Shown here in pieces: positions 13,635 through 27,539 of a stretch of DNA of 64,000 bases. The position numbers were made by a program, and so were the translations under genes. The DNA lies in the NCBI GenBank assembly GCA_964016885.1, contig OZ024758.1, forward strand, positions 15,624,001 to 15,688,000, written 5' to 3'. Numbering within the stretch: position 1 is the stretch's first letter; the number at the start of each line of letters is the position of its first letter. A model generated the notes under the pieces. The model searched no databases, had not been told where the DNA came from, and worked only from the letters and a program-made list of their open reading frames with translations. The stretch is from Eledone cirrhosa (lineage: Eukaryota).

Positions 13635-14320
13635 CCAACTGGTGATTCAAAAGAAAAGCTCTGCAGACAAGGATCAACTTACAGCCAGCCAATTGGTGAT
13701 TCAAAAAACAGCTCTGCATACAAGGATCAACTTACAGCCAGCCAATTGGTGATTCAAAAAACAGCTCTGCATACAAGGATCAACTTACAGCCAGCCAACT
13801 GGTGATTCAAAAAACACCTCTGCATACAAGGATCAACTTACAGCCAGCCAACTGGTGATTCAAAAGACAGCTCTGCAGACAAGGATCAACTTACAGCCAG
13901 CCAACTGGTGATTCAAAAAACACCTCTGCATACAAGGATCAACTTACAGCCAGCCAATTGGTGATTCAAAAGACAGCTCTGCATACAAGGATCAACTTAC
14001 AGCCAGCCAACTGGTGATTCAAAAAACACCTCTGCATACAAGGATCAACTTACAGCCAGCCAATTGGTGATTCAAAAAAACAGCTCTGCATACAAGGATC
14101 AACTTACAGCCAGCCAACTGGTGATTCAAAAGACAGCTCTGCAGACAAGGATCAACTTACAGCCAGCCAATTGGTGATTCAAAAAACAGCTCTGCATACA
14201 AGGATCAACTTACAGCCAGCCAATTGGTGATTCAAAAAACAGCTCTGCATACAAGGATCAACTTACAGCCAGCCAACTGGTGATTCAAAAGACAGCTCTG
14301 CAGACAAGGATCAACTTACA
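13635..14320. repeat. 53-bp minisatellite, about 13 units
   Basis: Unit caaggatcaacttacagccagccaattggtgattcaaaaaacagctctgcata. Confidence 0.95.
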
Positions 14321-15551
14321 TGAACTTGTGTCAGTGTTCACCCAAGATGGATTGAATTGGCTCTAATCATTGTCCAAAAGATGTGATGTGTAGTGCTTCC
14401 AATCTTACCATTTTGTTACCATATTTCTAATGAAATACACTGCCTATGTGTTAGAATTAATTTTGAAAATAATAAAAAAAGTTGGAGGAATTTAATAAAA
14501 TAACTAAATTTATGTTTAGAACATTCTAAAAGTCTAAAGTCTGTCTTGAGCTCAGAGGCTCTTCAGGCCAGTGCTTATTTTGGTCTCCATGGCGTGAAGC
14601 AACTGAAAGTACAAGACACCTCCCTGGATAGGACGCCAGTCTATTGCAGGGTTAAATCCCAGCTTTTGCTGGTATTCATTTTTTTTCAGCTGAGTATACT
14701 GGAACAAAGTGAAATAAAATGTTTTGCTCAAGAACACAACACAGATCCAGTCCAGGAATCAAACCCATGACATTGTGAATTGGCAGTATCGGTAGAGGGT
14801 TGGACGCCATGCTTTCTAGCATAGTTACGTCCCTTTACGATCTGAGTTCAAATCCCGGCGAGGTTAACTTTGCCTTTCATCCTTACGGGGGTCGATAAAA
14901 TAATGTACCAGTAATCATCATCATCATTTCATTTCATTTTACGTCCGCTTTTCCCTGCTTGCAAGGGTGGGACGGGAACTGATTCTGGCTTGATTTCTAC
15001 AGCTGGATGCTCTTCCTAACACCAACCTCATTTACAGTGAGTGCTGGGTGCTTTTTTTGCCGTGGCACCTCCACGACCACTTTGCAGTGGAATGATAGGG
15101 ACCCCAGTCCCTATCATCTCATTTCTACAGCTGAGTAAACTGGAGCAATGTGAAATAAAATGTCTTGCTCAAGGAAACAACACATCACCCGGTCTGAGAA
15201 TTGAACTCACAACCTTTCGATTGCAAAGCCAATGCTCTAACCACTAAGCCATGTGCCTCTATGTACTGGGTAATTGCTGGCCTTGTGCCTAAAGTAGAAA
15301 CAATTATGATGATAAGCCCAATACTCTTACCACTAGGCCTTCAAATATATTCCAGCATAAATATTCAGATTTTTTTTCTTTTTTTTTTTTTCTTCCATAT
15401 ATGGTAGCTGGAAATCATTCGGCTATTCTAAAAAGAATATTAGTCTCCTGGTATTTTCATATCAAAAATGTTTTTTTTCCATGGCAAACATTTGTTCTCA
15501 CTCCCCAAAAAATGTTTTTTTCATTTATTGTGACTTAATTTCTTTCTTCAG

Positions 15552-15859
15552 GCCATGCAATTGAAGCAGGGTGGTTTCTTCTGAGATACGCAGAACAAAC
15601 TAACGACTCCTCCCTCAAGGAAACAGCTTTAACTAAATTGATTGAACAACCATTCCAAACTGGATGGGACAAACAAAATGGTGGACTTTTCTATTTTTTA
15701 GATGCAGATGGCCACTCTCCTATGCAACTGGAATGGAACATGAAACTCTGGTGGCCTCTTTGTGAAAGCATGATAGCTTTCTTAATGGCTTATAAACAAA
15801 CAAGAAAAGACAACTATTGGAATACTTTTGTAACAATTTTTGATTATACAATAACACAT
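15552..15859 (+). CDS. RENBP: N-acylglucosamine 2-epimerase exon with catalytic His (GHAIEAGWFLL)
   Basis: ttcag|...|gtgagt; GWDKQNGGLFYFLDADG..QLEWNMKLWWP. Confidence 0.95.
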
Positions 15860-16525
15860 GTGAGTAGATTGTCACTTCAAATGAGTTAACACTCCAGCTA
15901 CTTCTGGTATTTACTAATCTCACCTAGAAAGCTCTCCTCAGAGAGAGTCTGGGCAACGTTGTTTGTGAAAGACCAGCAATCACCCATGCAAACCAGTCTC
16001 CCCTCTCCATGCCACCAATGTTGTCCAAGGAAAAGGCTAAGTAAGGCTGATACAGTTTGGCATCAGTGACATCGCAACTCACTTCTACAGCTGAGTGTAC
16101 TGGAGCAACATGAAATAAAGTGTCTTGCTCAAGAACACAACACATGAATCAGACCATCGATATTACTATTGTACTTCAAACATCCTAACCATTAGTAGGG
16201 GCGGTGGAAGCATTTCTGAATTGGCAGGAGGGGGGGGGGTCAAATTTGTTCAATTTAGTTGTAGTGATTAGTTTAGCTGTTATTATCAAATATCAACCAA
16301 GTTATAAAAAAAACTTTGATATGTGATAAACATAACATGCACATAAATTGTAGGGTATATACAAATAGATGTGTTTTGGTAGTTTGGGGAGATCATAGCA
16401 CCCCTAGTTCCATCACCCCTAATTAGTTCATGATCAAGGATTATTACAGTTATTTTCTCCATGTAGGGGCTTTACATTTTCAAATTTCCGACACTCCTAG
16501 CACTTCAATAATTCATAATGTATTT

Positions 16526-17037
16526 TTAACCCGTTAGCATTTACTATTGTATTTTCACGGTAAAGGCTTTACTTCACATAACATTTATATTACTCTATAT
16601 ATACTATTGTATTTTCATGGTAAAGGCTTTACTTCACATAATATCTCACAACATTTATATTACTCTATATATACTATTGTATTTTCACGGTAAAGGCTTT
16701 ACTTCACATAATATCTCACATTTATATTACTCTATATATACTATTGTATTTTCACGGTAAAGGCTTTACTTCACATAACATTTATATTACTCTATATATA
16801 CTATTGTATTTTCACGGTAAAGGCTTTACTTCACATAACATTTATATTACTCTATATATACTATTGTATAGGCCTCATGGTAAAGGCCTCACATAATATC
16901 AAATCTAGGAGATTTTGACATTTATTTTGACAACAATACCTTAACATCACTATGAGTAGCCAGTTATGGCTGGTTTGAACAGAAAAAGGTGAGAGAATTC
17001 TAGCTGGATATGGCCGGTTTAAATGCTAAAGGATTAA
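16526..17037. mobile_element. TTAA-MITE with an internal ~60-bp tandem expansion
   Basis: ttaacccgttagcattt..aaatgctaaaggattaa ends; lines 16741 and 16801 are identical. Confidence 0.8.
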
Positions 17038-18474
17038 GAGAAATTTGAAATCTTTGAAGCATATTATGGAAATAAATTTGTAAGCCAATCTATAAATATA
17101 TATTAAATACTTTGCTTCTAAAGCTTGGAATGCTTCATTTAGTTTGTTATTTAAATTGTTTTTATGAACAAGCTAAGAGAGTCACAGAGAGGGAGGAAGT
17201 GTGAGTGAACGAGCGTCTCTCTCTCTCAGAACTACATATGGCTAAATTCTGTCAACATTGCACCTCCATTACACTTAAACAATGAAATGAATAGCCTGAT
17301 ATGTCATCCTGTTTACCTTAATATGACAAATGATATATCAGACTCTACATACTTCTAATACAAAGCTATATTAACCACCACTTTCATGTTTTTGTAATAC
17401 AATATATATATATATATATATATATATCTCATCATCATCATCATTTTATGTCTGCTTTTTCCCTGCTTGCAAGGGTGGGACAAGGACTGATTCTGGCTTG
17501 ATTTCTACAGCTGGATGCCCTTCCTAACACCAACCTCATTTACAGTGAGTGCTGGGTGCTTTTTTGCCGTGGCACCTCCACGACCACTTTGCAGTGGAAT
17601 GATAGGGACCCCAGTCCCTATCATCTCATTTCTACAGCTGAGTAAACTGGAGCAATGTGAAATAAAGTGTCTTGTTCAAGGAAACAACACATCAGCCGAT
17701 CTGAGAATTGAACTCACAACCTTTCGATTGCAAGGCCAATGCTCTAACCACTAAGCCATGTGCCTCTATATATATATATATAAACACACACAGTAAAAAA
17801 TGTACCTATGTGCATTTTTACTGTGCAATATTTGAAACAACTAGTCAGCCATTAAATATATATGTATTCATAAATCTTTGTTGTTCTCTCCAGCATTTTA
17901 AATATGATGCGTGAGAGAGACAAAGATCATTGTTTTTATGTTGAATTTTCCATGCTGCCATGAGTTAGCACAAGATTTTTTGATACAATGTTTTACAGGC
18001 CAATGCTCTACCTGACATGACACAAACTTTTATTCACTTCTAATGAAACACAGAGATACAGTGTACTCATTCTAAATCAGAAACACAAACACATACATAT
18101 ATCCATATATATATATATTTTGAGGCACATGGCGTAGTGGTTAGAGCATTGGCCTTGCATCAGACTGGGTGATGTGTTGTTTCCTTGAGAAAGACACTTT
18201 ATTTCACATTGCTCCAGTTTACTCAGCTGTAGAAATGAGATGATAGGACTGGGGTCCCTATCATTCCACTGCAAAGTGGTCGTGGAGGTGCCACGGCAAA
18301 AATGCACCCAGCCCACACTGTAAAGTGAACGTGGAGGTGCCACAGAAAAAAAAACACCCAGAGGTTGGTGTTAGGAAGGGCATCCAGCTGTAGAAATCAA
18401 GCCCGAATCAGTTCCCGTCCCACCCTTGCAAGCAGTGAAAAGCGGACGTAAAATGAAAGGATGATGAAATGATA

Positions 18475-18875
18475 TCAGACCTGCCAACCTCTAAAAACCC
18501 AGACTTGGAATACCATGAAAACAAGTGCCCTAAAACGGGGAGAAATGAGGCAAAATGGGGAGATTTTACATAATTGTTTCTACTTTAGGCACAAGGCCAG
18601 CAATTACCCAGTGCATTACTGGTACTTTATTTTATCGACCCCGTAAGGATGAAAGGCAAAGTCAACCTCGGCGGGATTTGAACTCAGATCGTAAAGGGAC
18701 GTAACTATGCTGGAAAGCATGGCGTCCGACCCTCTACCGATACTGCCAATCCACCAGATTTTACATAATGAAAGCTATACTCATTTTCACAAGAGAAGAC
18801 ATCTCTCACCCACCCCACAGTGGGTGAGAGATCTCCGCTACCGGTAGGACAGCCGAGGAAGAGTTGACAGGTCTG
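18475..18875. mobile_element. MITE (TIR cagacctgccaac) containing a SINE A insertion at 18572-18755(-)
   Basis: cagacctgccaac/gttgacaggtctg; SINE flanked by agattttacata duplication. Confidence 0.6.
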
Positions 18876-18910
18876 ATATATATTTATACATTAATCTTTT
18901 ATATTTTCAG

Positions 18911-18998
18911 TTTTGTGATGAAGAATATAATGAATGGTTTGGTTACCTTACACAGGAAGGTCATGTCAGTTTAGATTTCAAAGGAGGAATTTTTAAAG
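18911..18998 (+). CDS. RENBP: N-acylglucosamine 2-epimerase exon
   Basis: ttcag|[30 protein letters not shown]|gtaaac. Confidence 0.94.
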
Positions 18999-19759
18999 GT
19001 AAACATTTCTACTTTGTGATGTCTCTATTGAACAGGACACAATTATATAACAGCCGTAGACAGCTTGCCAAAGGGTTGGGAGGATGCTCAGTTGTGTCAA
19101 AGACATGACAATCTCTCAGTACTGGATTTACCATTGTGCTTAGATGTGCTTCGGGCTACATTTGTCCTAAATCCAGCACTGCAACCACCCCTGTAGAACG
19201 TGAGACTGTATATAAGCAAGACATCAGATCTCTTACCTGTCTGGGAGATAGACCAAGTAAATACTGAAGCAGTGGCTACCTATGTAGAAGGCTGGGAGGA
19301 CTATTCAGCTGCGTCAAAGACATGACAACTACTCTGGAGTTGACACCACAATAAAATACATTCGGTAGAGGGCAGGATTGTATATCAGACTTCAGTGTTT
19401 TAAGCTTCTCATTGACAAACACTTCACAGCATTGAGTAGGTGTATTTTATCATACCACTGATGTTAGAAATGGAGGCGCATAGCTTAGTGGTAAGGGTAT
19501 TGGACTTACAATCATAATGTTGTAGGTTCGATTCCTGGACTAGGTTGTGTGTTGTGTTCTTGAGCAAAACACTTCATTTTACAATGCCCCAGTATACTCA
19601 GCTGAAAATGAATACCAGCAACAATAGCTGGGGGTTTAACCTTCTGATGGACTGATGTCCTGATCAGGGTGGAGTCTTGTACTCTCAGTTGCTTCACGCC
19701 TAGGAAACCGGGATAAGCACTGACCTGATGAGCCTCCAGGTTCGAGACAGACTTTAGTA

Positions 19760-20100
19760 CCTTGCGATTGACTGGCGTCCTATCCAGGGGGAAGTTTTGT
19801 ACTCTCAGTCACTTCACACCACGAAACTGGGATAAACACAGGTCTGATGAGTGTCCAGGTTCGAGACAGGCTTTAACCTTGCAATTGACTGGCATCCTAT
19901 CCAGGGGGAAGTTTTGTACTCTCAGTCACTTCACACCACGAAACTGGGATAAACAGGTCTGATGAGTGTCCAGGTTCGAGACAGACTTTAACCTTGCAAT
20001 TGACTGGCGTCCTATCCAGGGGGAAGTTTTGTACTCTCAGTCACTTCACACCATGAAACTGGGATAAACACAGGTCTGATGAGTGTCCAGGTTCGAGAAA
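19760..20100 (+). repeat. Three tandem ~117-bp copies of the SINE C core/tail
   Basis: attgactggc..ccaggttcgagacag repeated. Confidence 0.85.
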
Positions 20101-20502
20101 ATAGAAGTAAAAATCTACAACAGAGGAATTGAATTAACTCATAGACTGTCTAGAACAGCATTTTGCGATCTTTTTAACCCTCGTGGAACCCTAGAAATAG
20201 TTTTGCACCCTCAATTGCTTCACGCCACAAAACCGGGATAAGTACCGGCTTAACAAGCCTTCTAGCTCCACCGATACTAAAGATGTTGCCTGCTAGGAGT
20301 AAAGAGTGTCCCTTATCGATGAAGTAAACCCTCTTGTCGAGTATGTAAAACAGGTGAAACTAGTTGAGTTGTTCTTCAATCCATTCTTACGTTAAATGAT
20401 GATGATGATACTCCTGTGGTTCAACCATGCAGTTTGTTTGCTCAGCAATGCTAAATGAATGTTTATTAAATAAACACATGTAAATTTATTTATATATATA
20501 TA

Positions 20503-21699
20503 CTAGCCGAATTACCCGCGCCTTGCTGCGTTTCACACATTTTTTTTGTAAGAAAATGATAATTGATTTTAAATCAGTGATATAGTTTATGAAGAAAAAC
20601 TCTGCATTTCAATATTACTCAATGTAAAATGTAATGCATGAAAAATTGGGAAACATTATTTTTTGTGATATATCAAATCAAAATTACATTATTAAATCTT
20701 ATTCTTATTTTGTTTCTTGTAAATAATTTTTTTCAAAATATCAATTCAAAACTTTTGTGAATAGGCATCATATCTTGTCATTTACCTATAGTTTAACCCT
20801 TTACCATTCACATTACTCTATATATACTATTATATTTTCATGGTAAAGGCTTTACCTCGCATAATTATCTCACATAATATCGAATCTATGAGATTTTGAA
20901 AGTATTTATTTTGAGAACAATACCTTAACATCAGTTTCAGTGACCAGTTACAGCCAGTTTCAACAGAAAGAGGTAGAAAATTCTGGCCAGTTTAAATGCT
21001 AACGGGTTAAATTTTGTATAAATCAAAGGGAAAAAAATTTTCAGCGGGGGTTTGTGCCGCCAAGGAACCCTAATAGGGGGGTTTAACCCTCATTAGGGTG
21101 TTTTAATATTATTGAAATTTGCTGAAATTTTGTGAATAGGCATCATTTCTTGTCATTTACCTATGGTTTAAATTTCATATAAATCTAAGGGAAAAAAATT
21201 TCAGCGGGGGTTTTCAGCAGGGAGGGATGTTGTGCCCCCGGGAAACCCTTTGATTAAAATGAAATATACTTATCCAAGTACCCGGGGCAATGTAGTTTCA
21301 GAATATATATAGTTATGGGGCTCTATCTCCAAAACCATAGGAGGAGTTTGTGAAATCTTGTTCCATTTATTGGCCAAAATTTTCACAATAGAGGGTTTAA
21401 CCCCCATTAGGGTGTCTTAATATTATTGAAATTTGGTGAAATTTTGTGAATAGGCATCATATCTTGTCATTTACCTATGGTTTAAATTTCATATAAATCG
21501 AAGGGAAAAAATTTTCAGCGGTGGTTTGAGCCCCCGAGGAACATTTTCATTAAAATGAAATATACGTAAGAAATCAAATGGGCCTGAGAGCCACACGTGT
21601 GTCAAGTTCCATCAAGATCGGTTTGGTAGTTTTTTGAGTTTTAAGTTCACAAACAAACAAACACACAAACAGACAGAAATTGCCATTTATGTATATAGA
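20503..21699 (-). mobile_element. Non-autonomous Helitron
   Basis: Minus strand begins TCTATATAC and ends with a GC-rich hairpin plus CTAG, between A and T; internal direct repeats; deleted relative at 63192-63427. Confidence 0.78.
20797..21006. mobile_element. ~210-bp TTAA-flanked MITE (piggyBac-like ends); many copies, e.g. near 7855, 9100, 26365, 36995, 42345, 43345, 46465
   Basis: TTAA-CCCTTTA(G/C)CATT...AATGCTAA(A)GGG-TTAA; paralogous empty sites near 21167 and 21482 carry one TTAA. Confidence 0.88.
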
Positions 21700-24504
21700 T
21701 AGATAAAAACAGTTTGATTTTGTACAACACATGCATGCATGTCTAACAAAACCACTGGTAATGCATTAATTACGAAAGTTAAACTGGAAATTTAAATATG
21801 TTCAACTCCTACATCATGTGTCAATTGTTCTTTTCATTCATTTACATCAGCACCTACTTATCATTTTATGTTCATTTTTCCATGGGTTGAACAAATCTTC
21901 TCCACCACAGCATATCTCTACAAGTCACAGTGCTTCTTCATCTCCTCTTTGAGATTCGGTGCTTTTGAGATCAGCTCTCATCACCTCTGCCCAGGTTTTT
22001 CCTTGGTCTTTCTCTACTGCAACTACATACCACTGAGATTTCCTGGGTTTCTACTGCAACTACATACCACTGAGATTTCCTGGGTTTCCTTTACCCAACG
22101 GTTTTCATCCACACATCTCGACACCACACTACAGCTGATTCAGCTTATCCAGGCTTCATCATTCACCCACATAAACGTTCCGTGATAGTTGACATGAGTG
22201 AGAGTGAACATTTCAGATGAAGTGTTGGTGTTAGGCAGGGTTGCATCTTATTTCCAATGCTGTTCAATATTCTTCTCTGGTGGAGATTGTGAGCAGAGCA
22301 GTAGATGGCTTCCACAAAGGCTTGTGGACACAGGGACGACTGGTGAACACTCAGATGCTCGTGTCAACACATGGTCCATCTAAAGGCAAGGCTGGAAAGA
22401 GAAAAGAAGAAATTTGGTATGGAAATAAGTACTGAGAAGAGCAATGAACTTAGAAGAGCTGAGCAAGATTGATGAAAAGGAAATAGAGAAAGTGAAACAA
22501 TTTAACCTTTAGCATGTTAGAAATTTTTATGAATCGCTTCCTTTGAAATTGTATTATATATTAAGGGGAGACTACTTTATCTGCAACTTAACCACCTGGA
22601 GGTTCCAGGTGCATTAAGAACTTAGGATGTACTATCTCAGAAAAAGGCAAGTCAACAAAGTGAAGACAAGAACTGGGATATCTTTGAACAGACTGGACAA
22701 CAAACCAACGAACTGGTTTCGGAACAAGAGGAGGAAAAAACTGTTCTACCAAGTGCATTTTATCATGGCAGTGGTACTAGAGATGTTGTCATATCTTTAA
22801 CACAACTGAAGGGTCCTCCAAACCCTTTGTTTAGCAAGCTTTCTATGGCTGGATGTCCTTCCTACTGCCAACCACTTTACAGCATGTACTGGGTGCATTT
22901 ACCGTGTAGATCCTCAACACTAAGGAGATTGTTATGTTCTGCCACAATTGAAGGGCCCTCTCAACCCTTTTGTTTGGCAAGCTTTCTATGGCTGGATGCA
23001 CAAGATCGCAAGCTGATGTAGTAGGACACCCCAGGGATTTGGGAGTGGTGAACACTGTAAAACAAGGACGTATGCCAGGTATCAGGGGGTGAGGGAGACT
23101 GGTGAGCACTGTAATACATGGACGTGTGCCAGGCAGTAGGGGAAGAGCGACCCTGGGTATTTGAGATAGGCAAGCACTGTAATACATGGATGTGTGCCAA
23201 GTAGCAGGAGAAGAGGGCAGCCAAGATGGAGCTGGATATGTGACATCTGTGCATAGACCGACATGAGTTCCTGAGAGGCATCCACAGACCCTTGGGATCT
23301 ATAATGCTAATGATGATGATGATCCATTGAAGAATTCTTTTCTTCATTTCTCTCCAGCCTTCACATAGCCTCTGCATGCACTGCCTATGTCTCGCTATTA
23401 TGCAACATCACACATCGCATACAAACATCATACAGCCAACCTTTTGTTCATAGAGAGAAACCTTTTGTTGTCAACAGAGGTAGTAGCTCCCTGAATTTTT
23501 TCCCATCCTGTTAGTATTCTAGCTACTAGACTCACAGAGCAACCTCTGCCACTGCTTATTAGGTGATCTAGGCAGCAGAGCTATCAACCACTTCTACAGG
23601 TCCTTCCTGGGACTGAAAGAAGTTTATTTCACTGAGATTCTTACTTCCAACTATACCTGTACATCTGCCACATACAAAGTCTACATTTTCTGTTAGTCTA
23701 CCAACTATCCCACTACACTACTTTTTAACATTTACACTATGTACATACCCAACGTTCTCAACTATTATAATAGTTAAATAGTACAAATAAATATTTATAA
23801 TAGTTGACTATTGTTATAGACAATTATTTGATCTGAGTTCAAATCCCGCCGAGGTTGACTTTGCCTTTCATCCTTACGGGGTCAATAGAATAAAGTACCA
23901 GTAATACACTGGATAATTGCTGGCCTTGTGCCAAAAGTAGAAACAATTATTTATAATAACTATTAGTAATAGTTGTTTCAACTTTAGGCACAAGGCCAGC
24001 AATTACCCAGTGCATTACTGGTACTTTATTCTATCGACCCCGTAAGGATGAAAGGCAAAGTCAACCTCGGCAGGATTTGAACTAAGATCGTAAAGGGACG
24101 TAACTATTAGTAATAGTAATTGACAATAAACACACCCAGTACTCACTGTAAGGTGGTTGGTGATAGGAAGGGCATCCAGCCATAAAAAGCTTGCTAAAAA
24201 AAAAAAAAGGGTTTGAAGGACCCTGCAGCTGTGTCAAAGACATGACAACTTCTCTAGTACTGCTGCCATGATAAAATGCACTTGGTAAAAGGTGGGACCG
24301 TATGATAGTGAAATGCAGAATCCTGGCCTATCTGGGAGGTCAGTAGCCCCACATCAGTACTGACTCGGTTGATGAAGACCCTTGATGAACACCCATTCAA
24401 ACCTTGCAGGAAAAGTGGATATTAAATGATGATAACTCATGTTGAACAACTACATTTCAAATTATCCCAATATTTCTTAAGTCAGCTAGAAGTTTTTTTT
24501 TATT

Positions 24505-24548
<44 letters not shown>

Positions 24549-24552
<4 letters not shown>

Positions 24553-24888
24553 CACATGGCTTAGTGGTTAGAGCATTGGCCTTGCAATCGAAAGGTTGTG
24601 AGTTCAATTCTCAGACCGGGTGATGTGTTGTTTCCTTGAGCAAGACACTTTATTTCACATTGCTCCAGTTTACTCAGCTGTAGAAATGAGATGATAGGGA
24701 CTGGGGTCCCTATCATTCCACTGCAAAGTGGTCGTGGAGGTGCCACGGCAAAAAAAAGGCACCCAGCACTCACTGTAAATGAGGTTGGTGTTAGGAAGGG
24801 CATCCAGCTGTAGAAATCAAGCCAGAATCAGTTCCCGTCCCACCCTTGCAAGCAGGGAAAAGCGGACGTAAAATGAAATGATGATGAT
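24549..24888 (+). mobile_element. SINE family B, full length
   Basis: Same structure as 3977-4312. Confidence 0.9.
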
Positions 24889-25002
24889 ATATATATATGT
24901 CATCATCATCATCACCGTTTTATCTCCGTTCTTCCCCGCTAGCATGGGTTAGATGGGTTGTCCTGTTGTGGGCAGTGTCTGATCGGCTGACAATGCCTTG
25001 CT

Positions 25003-25040
<38 letters not shown>

Positions 25041-25537
25041 GTTGAACAAATAAAACAAAACACACAGGGATGTAAAAATACAGTCATTAGAATCATATAT
25101 ATATATATCATCATCATCGTTTAACGTCCCTCTTTCACACTAGCATGGGTTAGACGGGTTTGTCCCATTTAGAGGCAAGTTGGGTCGGGTGACAATGTCT
25201 CGCTCATATAGGACTGTTTCTGACTGGATTTCTATTCCTAACGATCGACTTTCGTCAAATCGAACCGAGGAAACAGTGTTTCCATTGGTCTTTCCAATTG
25301 CTAATACTATCTATCAGTCGCAACTCCAGGTAGAAGGAGCAACGTGAAATAAAGTATCTTGCTCAAGGACATAACGCATCGCCCAGTCCAGGAATCGAAC
25401 TCACAACCTCACGATTGCGAATCCAGTTCTCTAACCACTCAGCCACACGCCTTCACTGGATTTCTATATACACACAAATACAACCCTAAACTACCAAAAC
25501 AGTATATTTCAATTTTCCTTTTATATCTATTCCTCAG

Positions 25538-25617
25538 GATGTTTCCATACTCCACGGTGTTTAATGATGTGTGAAGAAATGCTGCAAGAACTCTTCAACG
25601 AAATAAGCAGAAACTAA
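25538..25617 (+). CDS. RENBP: N-acylglucosamine 2-epimerase last exon
   Basis: ctcag|GCFHTPRCLMMCEEMLQELFNEISRN*; second catalytic His; the six exons join in frame (953 nt). Confidence 0.93.
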
Positions 25618-25646
25618 ACCTCCCTCAAAACAATTATACTTTTCAC

Positions 25647-25652
25647 AATAAA
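25647..25652 (+). terminator. Candidate polyadenylation signal of RENBP
   Basis: AATAAA 30 nt after the stop codon. Confidence 0.45.
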
Positions 25653-25696
25653 CAAATTTATCTGAGCATGCCATTATTGTATTATTTATTGTCTGG

Positions 25697-26116
25697 GAGG
25701 TGAACTGGCAAAATCGGTAGACCATCGGACAACATGCTTTGTGGCATATAGTTATGGCCCTTTACGTCCCGAGCTCAAATCCTGTTGAGGTTAGCTTAGC
25801 CTTTCATCCTTACGGGGGTCGATAAAATAAAGTACCAGTAATGTACTGGAGTCAATTTAATTGACTTCCCCCCCTCCCCCAAAATTGTTCGCCTTGTGCC
25901 TAAATCAAAAAACATTATTTATTGTCTGGGTGGTGGATTGGCAGTATCGGTAGAGAGTCGGACGCCATGCTTTCCAGCATAGTTACGTCCCTTTACAATC
26001 TGAGTTCAAATCCCGCCGAGGTTGACTTTGCCTTTCATCCTTACGGGGTCGATAAAATAAAGTACCAGTAATGTACTGGGGTAATTGCTGGCCTTGTGCC
26101 TAAAGTAGAAACAATT
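25697..26116 (+). mobile_element. Two tandem SINE A copies
   Basis: attatttattgtctggg at 25681, 25914 and 26114. Confidence 0.85.
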
Positions 26117-26610
26117 ATTTATTGTCTGGGTAAGATCTGGAATATGTTAATAGGATATATTTTTTCCTGTGACAAAATACAGGTTTTGAATAGGAACCTT
26201 TTACAGAACCAAAGGCAGTTTTGGGTGATTTAGTATCAAAAAGGGTATTACTTTGACAATCACTGAGAAAATCATAGTTAACATATGGCTTTTGAAAAAC
26301 AATAATAATAATAATGATGATGATGATGATGATAATGACAGGAAGAAAATGTATGATACGATTTAACCCTTTAGTATTTACATTACTCTATATTTACTAT
26401 TATATTTTCGAGATAAAGGCTTTACCTTACATAATATCTCACATAATATCGAATCTATGAGATTTTGATATTATTTACTTTAAGAACAATACCTTAATAT
26501 AAACAAAAGCAACCGGTTACAGCCAGTTTAAACAGAAAGAGGTGAGAGAATTCTGACCAGATACAGCCAGTTTAAATGCTAAAGGGTTAATTAAAAAAAA
26601 CAAAAACATA

Positions 26611-26779
26611 CCGTATCTCTTGGCATCGAAGACGCTACTTTTTTTCCTAAAATAAGTCCCAAAAATCTACCATGCATCCTGGAGGCCAAAGGTTGTTTAT
26701 TAATTTTTTTCTAATTTTTGGTTGTCAAAATTAGGGTCCGTCCTCAAGGACGAAGCGTCTTCGGCGCCAGGAAATACGG
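26611..26779. mobile_element. Tc2/pogo-like MITE; second copy at ~39343-39510
   Basis: TIR ccgtat(c/t)tc..ggc..cgaagacgct, TA on the left. Confidence 0.7.
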
Positions 26780-27539
26780 AAAATAATTTTATTTCAAAAC
26801 ATCTTTTTACTATCACTTGCTCTCCCTCATTGCAGTTTATGCTGTTTCTTCAACTTCCTTACCAACAATAATAATGTAGCTGCCTATCATTCTCTTACTC
26901 TCTCTCTCTCTCTCTCTCCTATCATTCTGGCTTTTAACTTTTACTCTTCTATCTATCACTCAGCTCTGGCTCTTTTCCCACCCTGTTGTGTGGGAAAGAA
27001 AGGAACAATGAGGCAAGAAAAAAGAGACTCTAGTTTTGTTGGAGACAAGACAACCTGTATGGTGTTGGTGGATAAATAAATGGAGACAAGAAGACAACAT
27101 AGAATAGAGAGGACGTTTAATATTGCCAGGAATAAGACAACTGCTGTAGTGCCAGTGCCATAATAATTGTTTCTACTTTAGGCACAATGCCAGCAAATAT
27201 CCAGTGCATTACTGGTACTTTATTTTATCGACCCCGTAAGGATGAAAGGCAAAGTCAACCTCGGCGGGATTTGAACTCAGATCGTAAAGGGACGTAACTA
27301 TGCTGGAAAGCATGGCGTCCGACCGTCTACCGATACTGCCAATAATATTTACCTATCAAGCACTGTTAATAGGAAAAGCATCCAGCTATGGAGATTATGT
27401 TAAAATGGAATGTGTAAGACATACTCCCCGATCTGTTTAGAAGGGAAGTAACTTTCAATAAGAACTGACGAAAGTCTAGAAGGGAGGTAACTTTGAATAA
27501 AAATCGACGAGAACTGTGATAACCCATTTTATCTACTCT

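Noticed and set aside
13635-14320. CRISPR-like regular arrays (also 30940, 61130)
   Set aside because: Whole units repeat with no unique spacers, no cas genes, eukaryotic context
19725-20100. ctgatgag..cgagac as hammerheads in the SINE C tail
   Set aside because: GAAA core absent (GAGA) and no convincing stems I and III
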